A stretch of DNA of 64,000 nt, taken from positions 103,821-167,820 of the forward strand of contig CAVWCV010000002.1 in assembly GCA_963753555.1 (NCBI GenBank). The letters are read 5' to 3'. The position numbers and the translations under genes were made by a program. A model generated the notes under the pieces. The model was not told the origin of the DNA. It made no database searches and saw only the letters and a list, made by a program, of their open reading frames with translations. This stretch comes from an uncultured Acidimicrobiaceae bacterium (GTDB lineage: Bacteria > Actinomycetota > Acidimicrobiia > Acidimicrobiales > RAAP-2). This document shows, piece after piece, positions 39,772 to 51,061 of the stretch. How positions within the stretch are numbered: the first letter of the stretch is position 1; the number at the start of each line of letters is the position of its first letter.

Positions 39772-41502
39772 TCAGGCGGCGGCGCCCCCGGGGACGGTGA
39801 CCGTGTCGGTGTCGCTCCCCGAGCGCAGCACGCGACCGGGGGTGTCGCCGGTGAACGCGCCGGCCCGCACCACCTCGGCGCCGTTGACCAGCACGTGCTC
39901 GATTCCTTGCGCCTCGGCGTAGAGACGACTCGATCCACCCGGCAGGTCGTCGCGGGTGTGCTCGGGAAGGTACCCGATGCGCTCGGGGTCGATCAGGACC
40001 AGGTCGGCGAAGTAGCCCGCTTCCACCCGCCCCCGCCCCCGCAGCCCGTAGAGGCGGGCGGGGACCTCGGTGAGTTGGTGGATGGCCGACTCCCAGCTGA
40101 GCAGCCCACGGGCCCGCACCCCGTCGCCGAGCATCGAGGTCGAGTAGATGGCGCCGCACATCATGTCGAGGTGGGCGCCCGCGTCCGACCCGCCGACGAT
40201 GGTCCGGGGGTCTTCCCAGACCTTCGCCCGCAGGTCCCAGTCGGCCTCGGACTCGGGGATCGGGGGCCGGAGCCCGGTCCGCAGCCCGTCGGCGAGCGCG
40301 ACGTCCACCAGTGCGTCGAAGGGTTCCTGCCCGCGCTCGGCGGCGATGTCGCCGACCGTCCGTCCGGCGAGGCCTTGGTTGGCCGGGGTGAAGGTCTCTT
40401 CGATGATCAGATGCTGCCAATTGGCCAGCGCGGCCAGGATGCCCGCCTCCTTCGAGTGCGAGGCCTCGTCGAGCGCGCGCCGGACCGACGGGTCGCGGAG
40501 CCGCTCCATCCGCTCGGGGATGTCGAGGCCGAAGATCTCGCGCCATCCGGGCAGCCCGTCGATGACCGTGCCGTGCTCGAAGGAGAGACGGATCTTCATC
40601 GTGTGGGGGAGCGTGAGCGCAACCACCTTCGCGCCTCGCTCCGCGGCGACCGTCGATGCGTCCAGCTGCCGCTCCGATGCGGCCGGGTTGAGCGCCGAGA
40701 CGCCGAGGACGTTCCAGTTGACCGGGCGGTTGGCGAGCAGCGAGAGGGAGGCCATGAGGTCGACCTCCTCCTCGGAGAAGCCGTTCAGGCACCCGGGCAG
40801 GATCAGCTCGAGGGTGGTGCCCTCGTGCCGCGAGACCGAACCGGCGAGCGCCTCGAGCTCCTCGCGGGTTGCCGCTCGGGACGGGACGGGCTCCCCATCG
40901 CCGTCGTTGTGGGTGTGGGCCTGGGACGTCGAGAGCCCCAGGGCACCCTCCTCGAAGGAGCGCTCGGCGAGCGCGACCATGGCGGCGATCTGCCCGGCGT
41001 CGGCGACCTCGCCGACGGCGGCATCGCTCATGACCGCCCGGCGGAGCGCCGAGTGGCCGACGAGGAACCCCGCGTTCACGCCGATCGCGCCGTCGAGGCG
41101 GCCGAGCCACTCGCCGAAGGACCGCCACGACCAGTCGAGGCACTCGAGCGCGGTGAGGGGCATCCCTTCGACCCTGGCCATCATCCGTGCCAGGTAGTCC
41201 GCGTGGTCGGGTCCGGCAGGCGCCAGCGAGAAACCGCAATTGCCACCGATGACGGTGGTCACCCCGTGCAGGGGGGAGGGGCTCGCGGCCGGGTCCCACG
41301 AGAGCTGCGCGTCATAGTGGGTGTGCAGGTCGACGAAGCCCGGCGTGACCAGCAGACCGTCGGCGTCGATGGTCGAGGAGGCCGTCTCCTCGACCGTGCC
41401 GACCGCGGCGACCTTGCCTTCCCGCACGCCGACGTCGGCGCGCCGCGGCGGGCCTCGGGTTCCGTCGACGACGGTTCCCCCGCGGATCACCAGGTCGAGC
41501 AT
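39772..41502 (-). CDS. N-acyl-D-amino-acid deacylase-like amidohydrolase (D-aminoacylase family)
   Basis: ORF 39772..41502(-), intact. Motifs present: MLDLVIRGGTVVDGT, PGFVDLHTHYD, and GGNCGFSLAP. Confidence 0.8.
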   Translation of the reverse strand: MLDLVIRGGTVVDGTRGPPRRADVGVREGKVAAVGTVEETASSTIDADGLLVTPGFVDLHTHYDAQLSWDPAASPSPLHGVTTVIGGNCGFSLAPAGPDHADYLARMMARVEGMPLTALECLDWSWRSFGEWLGRLDGAIGVNAGFLVGHSALRRAVMSDAAVGEVADAGQIAAMVALAERSFEEGALGLSTSQAHTHNDGDGEPVPSRAATREELEALAGSVSRHEGTTLELILPGCLNGFSEEEVDLMASLSLLANRPVNWNVLGVSALNPAASERQLDASTVAAERGAKVVALTLPHTMKIRLSFEHGTVIDGLPGWREIFGLDIPERMERLRDPSVRRALDEASHSKEAGILAALANWQHLIIEETFTPANQGLAGRTVGDIAAERGQEPFDALVDVALADGLRTGLRPPIPESEADWDLRAKVWEDPRTIVGGSDAGAHLDMMCGAIYSTSMLGDGVRARGLLSWESAIHQLTEVPARLYGLRGRGRVEAGYFADLVLIDPERIGYLPEHTRDDLPGGSSRLYAEAQGIEHVLVNGAEVVRAGAFTGDTPGRVLRSGSDTDTVTVPGGAAA

Positions 41503-41560
41503 CGCGTCACCTTCCCCCAGGCTCGGTGGCTCCTCGGGCGGATGCTAGCCTGCCCCGACG

Positions 41561-42806
41561 ATGGCCGATGTGGTGGACCGGTCCGGGCCCGCCCGACCCG
41601 CGAGCCTCCTTCCCGACCCGGAGCCGCGTCCGATCCGGGTCCCGATCATCTCGGTGGACGACCATCTGATCGAACCGGCCGACCTCTTCGACGGGCGGGT
41701 CTCGGCGCGCCTCGCCGGCCGTGCGCCCCGGGTGGTGGAGGATCCCGACGGTTCTCAGTTCTGGCTCTACGAGGACCGCCGGTACCCGAACATCGGCCTC
41801 AACGCGGTCATCGGCCGACCGCGCGAGGAATGGAGCATGGATCCGGCCCGCTTCGAGGAGATGCGGCCGGGCTGCTACGACATCGACGCCCGTGTGGCGG
41901 ATATGGACCTGAACGGGGTGTGGGCGTCGCTCTGCTTCCCCTCGCTCGTCGCGGGATTCTGCGGGTCGGTGTTCAACCGCTCCGAGGATCCCGAACTCGG
42001 CCTGGCCTGTCTCCGCGCCTGGAACGACTGGCATCTCGAGGTCTGGGCGGGCACTCATCCCGAGCGGATCATCCCGCTGCAGCTGCCGTGGCTCACCGAT
42101 GTCCGCATCGGGACCGACGAGATCTACCGCAACGCCGAGCGCGGCTTCAAGGCGGTGAGCTTCCCCGAGTTCCCCGCCCAGCTCGGACTGCCGGCGATCT
42201 TCACCCAACACTGGGATCCGTTGTTCGCCGCGTGCGAGGAGACCGAGACCGTGGTCTGCCTCCACACCGGGGCGTCCGCATGGGCGCCGCTGCCGTCGCC
42301 CTCGCCGCCCTTCGAGCTCTTGCCGACCCTCTTTCCGGTCAACGCGCTGATCGCCGCGGCCGAATGGCTCTGGTCGGGTGTGCCACTCCGCTTCCCGCAT
42401 CTCGCGGGTCGCGCTGTCCGAGGGCGGGATCGGCTGGGTGCCGATGCTGGTCGACCGGGTCGACTACGTCCTCTCGCACTCCGCTTCGGGCACCGAGTCC
42501 GTTGGGTGGCCTTCCGATCTCCGACCGAGCGAGGTGCTCCGCCGGAACTTCTGGTTCTGCTCGATCGACGACCCTTCGGTCGTCAACCTCCGCCACGTGA
42601 TCGGCATCGACCACATCATGGTCGAGAGCGACTACCCCCATGCCGACTCGACCTGGCCGGACACCCAGTCGGTGGTGGCGACGACCCTTGCCGACCTCGA
42701 CGAGACCGAGCTCCGTCAGGTGGCGGCCGGCAATGCGGCCCGCCTCTTCCGGCACCCGCTGCCGGTGGCCGACGACTGGCGTGCCCCGCGGAGCGGATCG
42801 GTCTGA
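41561..42806 (+). pseudogene. amidohydrolase-2 family protein, 1 frameshift near 42400
   Basis: ISVDDHLIEPADLF...GVWASLCFPS... is in ORF 41561. ALSEGGIGWVPMLVDRVDY...MVESDYPHADSTWPD is in ORF 42378..42806. Confidence 0.75.
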
Positions 42807-42839
42807 GGAGCGGGATCCGGGCCTCGAGGTCCGGCCCGG

Positions 42840-43226
42840 TCACCTCTCGGTGGGCGATGTGGACAGGGTGTCCTGTTGGATCTCGACGGTGTTGCCCGCG
42901 GGGTCGGGGAACCAGACCTGCTCGGTCGAGCCCTGCCGGCCGCGCACGCACGGGATACCCGACGCGGCGAGCTCCGCGACCGCCGCCTCGAGGTCGGACA
43001 CCGCCACGCAGAGGTGGTGTCCGGTCGGGCGGATCGGCCCCGCACCGGCGGGAGCGTCCACCAGATGGAGCTGGCAGTCGCCGGTGGCGAACCAGTGCCC
43101 ACCCACCCCGGGAATCGATGGCCGTTCCTCGTCGGGGAGGCCGAGCAGGTCGCGGTAGAAGGCGACGGTCTCGTCGAGCCGGCCCTCGACGTTGACGCTG
43201 TGGTGGAGGACCCGGGTGACCTTCAC
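42840..43226 (-). CDS. VOC/glyoxalase family protein
   Basis: ORF 42840..43361(-), trimmed to the GTG at 43226 (VKVTRVLHHSVNVEGRLDETVAFYRDLLGL...HLCVAVSDLEAAV...FPDPAGNTVEI). Confidence 0.7.
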   Translation of the reverse strand: MKVTRVLHHSVNVEGRLDETVAFYRDLLGLPDEERPSIPGVGGHWFATGDCQLHLVDAPAGAGPIRPTGHHLCVAVSDLEAAVAELAASGIPCVRGRQGSTEQVWFPDPAGNTVEIQQDTLSTSPTER

Positions 43227-43245
43227 CGCAGCCGGCGGGCGACGG

Positions 43246-44365
43246 TCACCGTGGCCACCCCTTGGGGACCACCGCGTCGGCGATCGTCCGGGGGTCGACC
43301 CGCTGGCCGGTGTTGCCGGCCTCGTAGACCGCGAAGCAGAGCTGGAGCGCCTTGATGGCATCGGTTGCGCTCATCTCCGCAGGCACGCCGTCGACCAGCG
43401 CGTCGACGAAGTGGACGGACGAACGCCGGAATCCCTCCGCCCAACTGGCCTCGACCGAGTTGAAGGCGGTCGTCGTCTGCTTGTCCCGCGCGCCGTCGTA
43501 GAGCACGACCGCCGGGAGGTCCACCATCTCGCCGGTGCAGCGCGTCACCCACAGGAAGCCGCGGTCGCCCTGGATCTCGAAGAACTCGTCCGCCCCGTAG
43601 TAGGAGCTGCGCATCCACATGTCCGGCGCGTAGCAGACGTCCATCGTCCCGATGACGCCCGACTGCTCGTACTCGAAGATCGCCGCGCAGGGCTCGAAGA
43701 AGGTGTCCCGCCGGTTGACCACCGCCTGCACGGACACGATGTCCTGGTCGAACAGCCAGAGCGCGACCGCGTACTTGTGGATCATGTCGTCGAAGAGGTG
43801 CCCTCCGGGGCTCGCGTCGGTGAGGCGCCAGACGTAGCCGTCGGCGGTGAGCCCGGACTGGAAGGCGGAGTCGGTCTGCCCCACGACCGTCTTCATGCGC
43901 AGGTGGGTCGGCCGCCCGATCGCACCGTCGGCGATGAGCTGCTTGGCGAGCTCGAGCGGGGGGTAGTGGCGGAAGCACTCACTCACACGGAGGATGGTCC
44001 CCGCCTGGTCGGCCGCCGCCGCCATCGCCCGTGCCTCAGCGACCGAGTTGGCGAGCGGCTTCTGACAGGACACGTGCTTCCCCGCGGCGACCGCGGCCAC
44101 GACGTGGTCGTGGTGGAGGTTGGTCGGGGTGAGGACCTCGACCGCGTCGATCGCGGGGTCGGCGAGCAGGTCCTCGAGGGAGGAGTAGCTGGAGGGTGCC
44201 CCCCAGGCTTCGGCCATCCGGGCCGCCCGATCCTCGTGAGGATCGCAGACAGCGGCGATCTTGCAGCGGTCGTCGGTCGAGATACCCCGCGACGTTGAGC
44301 GACGCGATGTTGCCTGCTCCCACGATCCCGATCCGCGGTCCCCCGATCGTCCCTGGCACGGCCAT
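43246..44365 (-). pseudogene. Gfo/Idh/MocA family oxidoreductase, 1 frameshift near 44275
   Basis: The Rossmann N-terminus MAVPGTIGGPRIGIVGAGNIA is in ORF 44036..44422. The body is in ORF 43246..44217 (AVEVLTPTNLHHDHVVAAVAAGKHVSCQKPLA). Confidence 0.75.
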
Positions 44366-44446
44366 CACGCTAGCGCCGGGCGAGGAGTCCCGCCGAGGGT
44401 TGCGGGCACGACGGCCGACCACGACGCCCCGACCACGACGCGGCGG

Positions 44447-45998
44447 TCACGAGGTCCCGGGATAGCCGCCACCACCGAAGCGCCGGTCGAGCTCGTCGTA
44501 GTCGACCGCCCAGCCCTTCCGCGGGAGCTGGTCGACGAAGGCGACCTCGCTCGGCTTCTTGTAGGAGGCGATGCGCGAGCGGCAGTGCTCGATCAGCTCC
44601 GCTTCGCCCGACGGCCGCCCCTTCTTCGAGCGACGACCACGGCGAGCACCCGCTGCGTCCAACGCGGGTCGGGGAGTCCGATGATCGCGGCCTCGCGCAC
44701 CGCGGGGTGCTGGGCGAGGCATCCCTCGACCTCGGCCGGGTAGATGTTCTCGGCGGCGGACTTGACGATGCGGGTCAGTGGCGCCACGAAGGTGAGGGAT
44801 CCGTCGGCATGGCGGCGGCCGAGGTCGCCCGTGTGCCACCAGCCTCCGCGGAAGCGCTCACGGTTGAGCTCGGCGCGGTCGTGATAGCCGTTGGTGACGA
44901 TGGGCCACGCGCGAGGATCTCGCCGGTCTCGCCGTCGGGCACCTCCTCGCCGTCCGGGTCGACGATCCGTACCTCGACCCAAGGCGAGGGGCGCCCACTC
45001 GTCCCCTCGGTGCCGACGCCCAGCGCGTTGAAGGTCAGCATCCCGGTGACTTCGGTCTGACCGTACCCCGCAGGGTGCGTTCCCCATGGGCTGTCGTCGA
45101 CGGTGACCATCGCGTTCCACGCGGGGCTCCCGCCGAAGGTGCGGAAGCCCCCGAGGTCGAAGCGTCCGTCCGCGTTGACCTCGAGGATCTGCTCGGCGGT
45201 CGGGCCCATGACGAAGCCGTAGTTGCACCCCGCGGCCTCGATGACCCGGCACAGCTCCTCGGCGTCGACCCTCCGGGTCAGCACGTTGGTGCCGCCCATC
45301 TGGAAGGTTGCGAAAGTGGTCATCAAGGTCGCCATGTGGAACATCGGTCCCGAGTTCAGGTACACGGTCTGGTCGGTCACCCGCTGGACCATCGCCATGG
45401 TGAGGCCCTGGGCCAAGATCGCCCGGTGCGAGATCAACGCGCCGTTCGGCGTCCCGCCGAACGCGCCGGTGTAGAGCTGGAGCACCGGGTCCGACGCCGA
45501 CACCGTTGCGGAAAGGGCGACGTCTTCTGTCGCCCCGGCGACGAACGCCTCGTAGCCGTCCGCGCCGCCGTCCCCGTCGGGGGCGTCGTGGCGGAGCCAG
45601 CGCGCCGCCTCGCCACGCCATCGGTCGCGCGCGGCGGCGACCGTCTCGCCGATCTCCTCCTCCTGCCAGACGACGACCGTCGGGGCCGCGTCGTCGAGCA
45701 GCGTCACCATCTCGTCGGCACTCTGACGCCAATTGGCGGGGACCACCACTGCGCCGATTTTGGCGCAGGCGAGCCAGCACTCGATGAGCCGGTGGCAGTT
45801 CTGCCCGAGCCAGAGCAGCCGCCCTCCCGGCTCCATCCCCGCGGCGAGGAGTCCCCGGGCGAGTCGGTCGGTGCGCTCGTCGAGTTCGGGATAGGTCGCG
45901 CGTGTCTCGCAGCAGACGACTGCCGCGACGCCGGGACGGCTGCGCCGGTGTTCGGCCAGCAGCTGGCCGAGGGTCAGCGCGTGGGCGTTCTCGTGCAT
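44447..45998 (-). pseudogene. acyl-CoA synthetase / AMP-dependent ligase, 2 frameshifts
   Basis: MHENAHALTLGQLLAEH... is in ORF 44775..46433. WWHTGDLGRRHADGSLTFVAPL is in ORF 44593..45780. The tail SYKKPSEVAFVDQLPR is in ORF 44447..44839. Confidence 0.7.
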
Positions 45999-46021
45999 CG
46001 GTCTCGTCCCCGCGCTGTCGG

Positions 46022-47602
46022 CTAGCCGGCTGCAGGCTGCCGATCGGCCGCCGCGTCGTCGGCCGGCAGCTGATCGCGTAGGCGGTCCTTCAGCACCTTG
46101 CCGGTCGCATTGCGCGGCAGACCCTCCACGAACTCCCACCGGCGCGGGACCTTGTAGGCCGCGAGCTGTTCGAGACCGAACGCCCGCAGGTCGTCGCCGG
46201 TCGCGGTCGCCCCGGGACGGAGGGTCACGAAGGCGACCAGGTCCTCGCCGAGGACCGGGTGGGGCACCCCGACCACCGCCGCCTCGCGGACGGCCGGGTG
46301 CGACTGGATCACGTGCTCGACGTCGGTGGGGTGGATGTTGTTGCCGCCCCGGATGATGACGTCCTTGCTCCGGCCGACGATGTAGAGGTAGCCGTCCTCG
46401 TCGACGCGCCCGAGGTCGCCGGTGACCAGCCACCCGTCCACCCAGGTGCTGGAGGTGGCCTCGGGGTCGCCGTAGTACTCGCGTGGCCGGCCGGGGATCC
46501 GCAGCTGAATGCCGCCGACCTCACCCGGCACCACGTCATTCCCGTCGGGGTCGCCGATCCGGACCTCCGCAGGCGGGACCAGCTTGCCGACCGACCCCGG
46601 TCGCTTCACCGCCTCGCCGGGTGGCATCACGCAGTAGACCGCTCCGGCCTCGGTCATGCCGTAGTTGTTGGAGACCGTCGAGGTGGGCATCCGCTCTTGG
46701 AGGCGCTCGAGCACGAACGGGGCAAGCGGCGCGCTCCCGACTGAGCAGAGCTGCACCGACGCGAGGTCGGCGGTGTCGAAGTCGGGGTGTTGGAGCAGCA
46801 GCAGCGCCATGGCCGGTACGAGGAACACCGCCACCGGCCGCTGTGCGGCGACCACCTCCAGCCAGCGGCCCGCGTCGAACTTCGCCATGTAGATGCCCTG
46901 CATGCCGAGCTTCATCGGGGTGTAGACGAACGAGAGGCCCGCAAAGGTGTACGGCGGGCTCGCGTGCAGCCATCCGCCGCCGTTCCAGGCCGGTGCCGAA
47001 AAGGGCACCAGTGAGAGGTTGTCGTGGCGGACCGCGACCGCCTTCGGGTTCCCGGTCGTCCCCGAGGTGTAGAGGACGTCGGCCAGGTCCGCACCGTCAC
47101 GGGGGACCTGGAAGTAGCCCGTCTCGCGGCTCACGACGTCGCCGTAGGCCACGACGTGCTCATCCGGACCGCCATCGGGCACCGCCCCGTCGTCGTCGGA
47201 CGCGGCGGGGACACCGACGAGGAGCCGCGGTCGCCGGCCCTCGTAGCGGGCGAGCAGGGAGTGCTCGACGAGCGCCGCGGCAGCTTCGCAGTGGGCCAGC
47301 ATCCGCTCGACCTCCGGTCGGGTCAGCTGCGGGTTGAGCGGCACCGCGGCGGCACCGGCCCGGTGGACGGCGGCATAGGCCGTGATCCAGCGGAGAGCGT
47401 TCGGGGTCTCGAGATGGATGGCCACACGGTCGCCGGGCGCAACACCGGCCTCGACGAGGCCGTGAGCGAGGCGGCTCGCCGACTCGTCCCATTGGCCGAA
47501 GGTCAGCACACCGCCGCCGACGACCTGGTATGCGGTCGCACCGCCGAACGCGAGGGCCATCGCGTGCAGCTGCTCGGCGGTTGTCTGGGTGGCCGAGGTC
47601 AC
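46022..47602 (-). CDS. acyl-CoA synthetase / AMP-dependent ligase
   Basis: ORF 46022..47740(-), trimmed to the GTG at 47602, just downstream of the stop of the upstream SDR gene (47617). Motifs present: YTSGTTGNPKA, YGMTEAG, GDLGRVDEDGYLYIVGRSKD, and YKVPR. Confidence 0.8.
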   Translation of the reverse strand: MTSATQTTAEQLHAMALAFGGATAYQVVGGGVLTFGQWDESASRLAHGLVEAGVAPGDRVAIHLETPNALRWITAYAAVHRAGAAAVPLNPQLTRPEVERMLAHCEAAAALVEHSLLARYEGRRPRLLVGVPAASDDDGAVPDGGPDEHVVAYGDVVSRETGYFQVPRDGADLADVLYTSGTTGNPKAVAVRHDNLSLVPFSAPAWNGGGWLHASPPYTFAGLSFVYTPMKLGMQGIYMAKFDAGRWLEVVAAQRPVAVFLVPAMALLLLQHPDFDTADLASVQLCSVGSAPLAPFVLERLQERMPTSTVSNNYGMTEAGAVYCVMPPGEAVKRPGSVGKLVPPAEVRIGDPDGNDVVPGEVGGIQLRIPGRPREYYGDPEATSSTWVDGWLVTGDLGRVDEDGYLYIVGRSKDVIIRGGNNIHPTDVEHVIQSHPAVREAAVVGVPHPVLGEDLVAFVTLRPGATATGDDLRAFGLEQLAAYKVPRRWEFVEGLPRNATGKVLKDRLRDQLPADDAAADRQPAAG

Positions 47603-47616
47603 GGCGACCTTCTCGC

Positions 47617-48511
47617 TCAGTCCTTCTTGTTCTTGCCGAGCAGCGGGTGTGCCGGCATGCCGACCGGCTGGAGATGCTGGCCGAGAACCTCGTGAAAGTG
47701 TTCGGCGACCTCGGTCGGCGTCCAGCCGCCCTCCTTCCACATGGTGGCGACCTGTCGGGGGGTCTGGAAGACCGTGTAGCCGAAACCGGTGCGGCCGAAG
47801 ATCTGCCCGTTCACCTCCGAGGCCGCCTCGGAGGCGAGGAAGGCGACCAGGGGCGCGTTGAGGGCGGGGTCCTGGTCGGGAGGTGGCGCGTCACCTCCCA
47901 GTCCCTGGGTCATCCGGGTCGCACCTGCCGGCGCCATCGCGTTCACCGTGATGCCGTAACGACCGAGCTCGAGCGCCCAGACGAAGGTCATCCCCATGAT
48001 GGCGGCCTTGGCGGCGCCGTAGTTGGTCTGGCCGAAGTTGCCCCGCAGGCCGGCCGAAGAGGTGATGTTGACGATCCTCCCGTATCCCGCCTCCTTCATG
48101 CGGGGCGCGGCATGCCGCGCGGTGTTGAAGGTCCCCTTCTGGTGGACCGCGACCACGGCGTCGTAGTCGGCCTCGTCCAGTTTGACCAGGGTGCGGTCCC
48201 GGACGATGCCGGCGTTGTTGACCAGGATGTCGATCGACCCGAAGGAGCTCGACCGCGGTCTCCACCAGCGAGCCCGCGGCGTCGAAGTCGTCGACCCGGT
48301 CGCGGTTGGCGACCGCCGACCCGCCGCGCTCGGTGATCTCGCGGACCACCGCGTCGGCAGGGTCCTCGTCGGTGCCTTCTCCGCCGAGCGAGACGCCGAT
48401 GTCGTTCACCACCACGCTCGCGCCCTCGTCGGCCAGGCAGTGCGCGATCGACCGCCCGATGCCACGTCCTGCGCCCGTGACGACCGCGACACGTCCGTCG
48501 AGCAAGCCCAT
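47617..48511 (-). pseudogene. SDR family oxidoreductase (3-hydroxyacyl-CoA dehydrogenase-like), 1 frameshift near 48245
   Basis: MGLLDGRVAVVTGAGRGIGRSIA is in ORF 47891..48511. ITSSAGLRGNFGQTNYGAAKAAI is in ORF 47617..48156. Confidence 0.75.
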
Positions 48512-48723
48512 CGGGCCACTCTAGGCGAACGACCGACGCGGGTTCCCGGCCACCGCGGCGTTTCTCGGCGACGTGATCGCGCGGCCGGTAGCATCGGGCG
48601 CCGTTCCGGGACCGGAGCCGGGATTGGACGTGGAGGTCCGCTCGCGATGATCCGATCGGCGTATTGCTCGCCGCCCGCGCCACGACGTCGCGCCGGCCGA
48701 TCAGCAGCTCGGAGCCGCACACC

Positions 48724-49218
48724 ATGACCGCTGCGAGCAGTGGTCGCGCGGACGAAGGACGGGTACGGGCTCGCCTCTCCGAGCTCGGTCTGACGCTCCA
48801 CGGGCCGCACCCGCCCCACGACCCGCTCGACGCGGTGGTCGTCCATCGCGGGATCGCGCGTACCTCGGGCCAGCTACCGCGGATCGAGGGCACGCTGATC
48901 TGCCGCGGCGTGCTGGGCGGTACGGTGAGCGTCGAGGACGGCCGCGAGGCCGCAGCGGTGTGCGCCCTCAACGCGTTAGCGGTGCTCGAGGCCGCACTCG
49001 GCTCTCTCGACCAGGTCGAGCGCGTCCTCACCGTCACCGGCTATGTCGCCTCCGCACCCGGGTTCGAGCGTCAGCCGGACGTGGTCGACGGTGCGAGTGG
49101 GGTGCTCCACGACGTCTTCGGCGACGCGGGCCGCCACACCCGGTCGGCGATCGGGGTGGTAGCACTCCCACGCGGGGGCGCGGTGGAGATCGAGGTCACC
49201 GTCGCGGTGGCCGACTGA
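48724..49218 (+). CDS. RidA/YjgF family protein
   Basis: ORF 48664..49218(+), trimmed to the ATG at 48724. Shows SGQLP...VTGYV...RSAIGVVALPRGGAVEIE. Confidence 0.65.
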   Translation: MTAASSGRADEGRVRARLSELGLTLHGPHPPHDPLDAVVVHRGIARTSGQLPRIEGTLICRGVLGGTVSVEDGREAAAVCALNALAVLEAALGSLDQVERVLTVTGYVASAPGFERQPDVVDGASGVLHDVFGDAGRHTRSAIGVVALPRGGAVEIEVTVAVAD

Positions 49219-49285
49219 GCTCCGTGCGGGTCCCGACCACCGTCCACGCCGGGCCCGTCCACACTGATTGCACTGGAGGACCGAG

Positions 49286-49928
49286 ATGACCGACTCAGCG
49301 CAGACATCCGGCGAACTCGCCGAGCTCGGCGCGGCGACGCTCGGCGAATGCGGAGCCCGTGCCATGCCCTCCCGCCTGCGGGCGGCCTGGAGCGGGGCGG
49401 CGGTCGCCGCCCCGGCCTACCCGGTTCGCTGTGCGCCCGGCGACAACCTGGCGATCCATGTGGCGGTGGCGAACGCACCGAGCGGTGCGGCACTCGTGGT
49501 CGATGTCGGCGCTGTCGCCGAGCGCGGGTACTGGGGAGAGGTCCTCACCACCGCCGCGCTGGCCCGTGGCCTGGCCGGTCTGGTCATCGACGGCGGCGTG
49601 CGGGACGTCGCCGCGCTCGAGCGCCTCGCGTTCCCCGTCTTCTCGCGCACCGTCGCGCTCCGTGGTGCCACCAAGCGCGAGCGTGGTGCGGCCGGCGTCG
49701 CCGGTGTGGTGGCGGGGGTCGCGGTCGAGCCGGGCGACTGGGTGGTGGGCGACGCCGACGGAGTGGTGGTCGTCCCCGGAGGTCAGCTCGACGGCGTGCT
49801 CGCCGCAGGACGTGCGCGGGCCGAGGCCGAGGACGCGCTACTTCGCCGCTCTGCGGCAGGGCTCGACGACGGTCGAGCTCCTCGGGCTCGACACGTCGCT
49901 CATCGAGGGACCGGCCGGAGGAGGCTGA
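49286..49928 (+). pseudogene. RraA family protein (HMG/CHA-aldolase / oxaloacetate decarboxylase-like), 1 frameshift near 49840
   Basis: GDNLAIHVAV...GYWGEVLTTAALARGLAGLVIDGGVRD...PGDWVVGDADGVVVVP is in ORF 49268. The tail ends at 49928 in the frame of ORF 49359. Confidence 0.65.
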
Positions 49929-49998
49929 GCCGGAAGCGCCGTGACGCGCGCCGCCGGCACCGCCCGGGCCGGGTCAGGCGGTGGCTCGACCCCGACAG

Positions 49999-50382
49999 TC
50001 AGTTGTTGGTGTAGTCGATCGCACCCGCGCCCTTTACACCGATCGCGAAGCAGAAGCAGTGGATCGAGGCGTTGTCGCTGACCGGTCGGAGGCTGTGCAC
50101 CGCGTCGGGCGGGATGTGGACCAGGTCACCTTGCGCGATCGTCCGGTCCTCGCCCTCGATCGTCATGATCCCCCGGCCGCGCAGCACGTAATAGAACTCG
50201 TGGGTGGGATGCGAGTGCGGGTTCACGTGGCCTCCTCCCGAGACCTCGAATTCGTTGACCAGCTCGAGGAAACCCCCCTCGGTCGCGTCGCGCAGCTCCT
50301 GGGACTGCACCATCCACCACACGGGCACCGTGCCCTTGTGCTCGACGATGGGGGCGACGTCTTCGATGTTGCGTACGTCCAT
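49999..50382 (-). CDS. cupin domain protein
   Basis: ORF 49999..50604(-), trimmed to the ATG at 50382 (MDVRNIED...). Carries cupin motif GGGHVNPHSHPTHEFYYVLRG and GDLVHIPPDAVH. Confidence 0.7.
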   Translation of the reverse strand: MDVRNIEDVAPIVEHKGTVPVWWMVQSQELRDATEGGFLELVNEFEVSGGGHVNPHSHPTHEFYYVLRGRGIMTIEGEDRTIAQGDLVHIPPDAVHSLRPVSDNASIHCFCFAIGVKGAGAIDYTNN

Positions 50383-50480
50383 CTGTGGCCTCCTCGGCTC
50401 CGTCGTGTGACCCGGGCTTCGGCTGCCGGGCACGCTGCTAGGTTGAGCCATCACACTAGATCGCCCTTGGAGCGTGCGGC

Positions 50481-50985
50481 ATGGGTGAGACCCTCCGACA
50501 GATCCGACCGCTGCGGCTCTCCCGCGAGCAGTGGGCGCCCTTCGGCTGGCTCCCGGTTGCCGACACCGACTCGAGGGACGGGCAAGACGTCCTCGACTTC
50601 GCATGGGGGGACCCGCACCTCAACCTCATCGGCCATCGGCGTGACGAGGTGCCGGCAGTGCCCGGCGGGCTCCGCTGCGAGATGCTCTTCCGCCACGCGA
50701 GCCACACCCAGGCGCTGATGTCTCTCGACGCCCACCGCGGTGCTCGTGGTCGCACCGCCGGGCCTCGCGATCGCCGCAGCCGGGGACGCCGCCGCCGCGC
50801 GGGCCTTCGTGCTCGAGCCGCTCTCGTCGATCGTGTTGCGGAGAGGCACCTGGCACTGGGGGCCCTTCCCGGTCGACGCCGACTCGGTCGAGCTCTTGAA
50901 CGTCCAGGGACGCCGCTATCTCGAGGACAACGAGATGGTCGACCTCTCCGCCATCGGCGCGTCGCTCGACGTGCTGCTGGCGTGA
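50481..50985 (+). pseudogene. ureidoglycolate-lyase-like (AllA family) protein, 1 frameshift near 50735
   Basis: MGETLRQIRPLRLSREQWAPFGWL...NLIGHR...FRHASHTQALMSL is in ORF 50481. VLVVAPPG...GTWHWGPFP is in ORF 50740..50985. Confidence 0.45.
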
Positions 50986-51061
50986 CCGCGGCTCCTCTCG
51001 AATCCCGGGTGGTCGCCGCCCTGCCCGTCCTGGCCTCCCGGCAGGCGCGAGGGCGCTTCCG

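Noticed and set aside
39763-42600. A 945-aa ORF on the plus strand.
   Set aside because: Its first ~1.7 kb is antisense to the intact D-aminoacylase gene (39772-41502). The rest is out of frame over the amidohydrolase gene. The composition is Arg/Gly/Pro-rich and no family signature is present.
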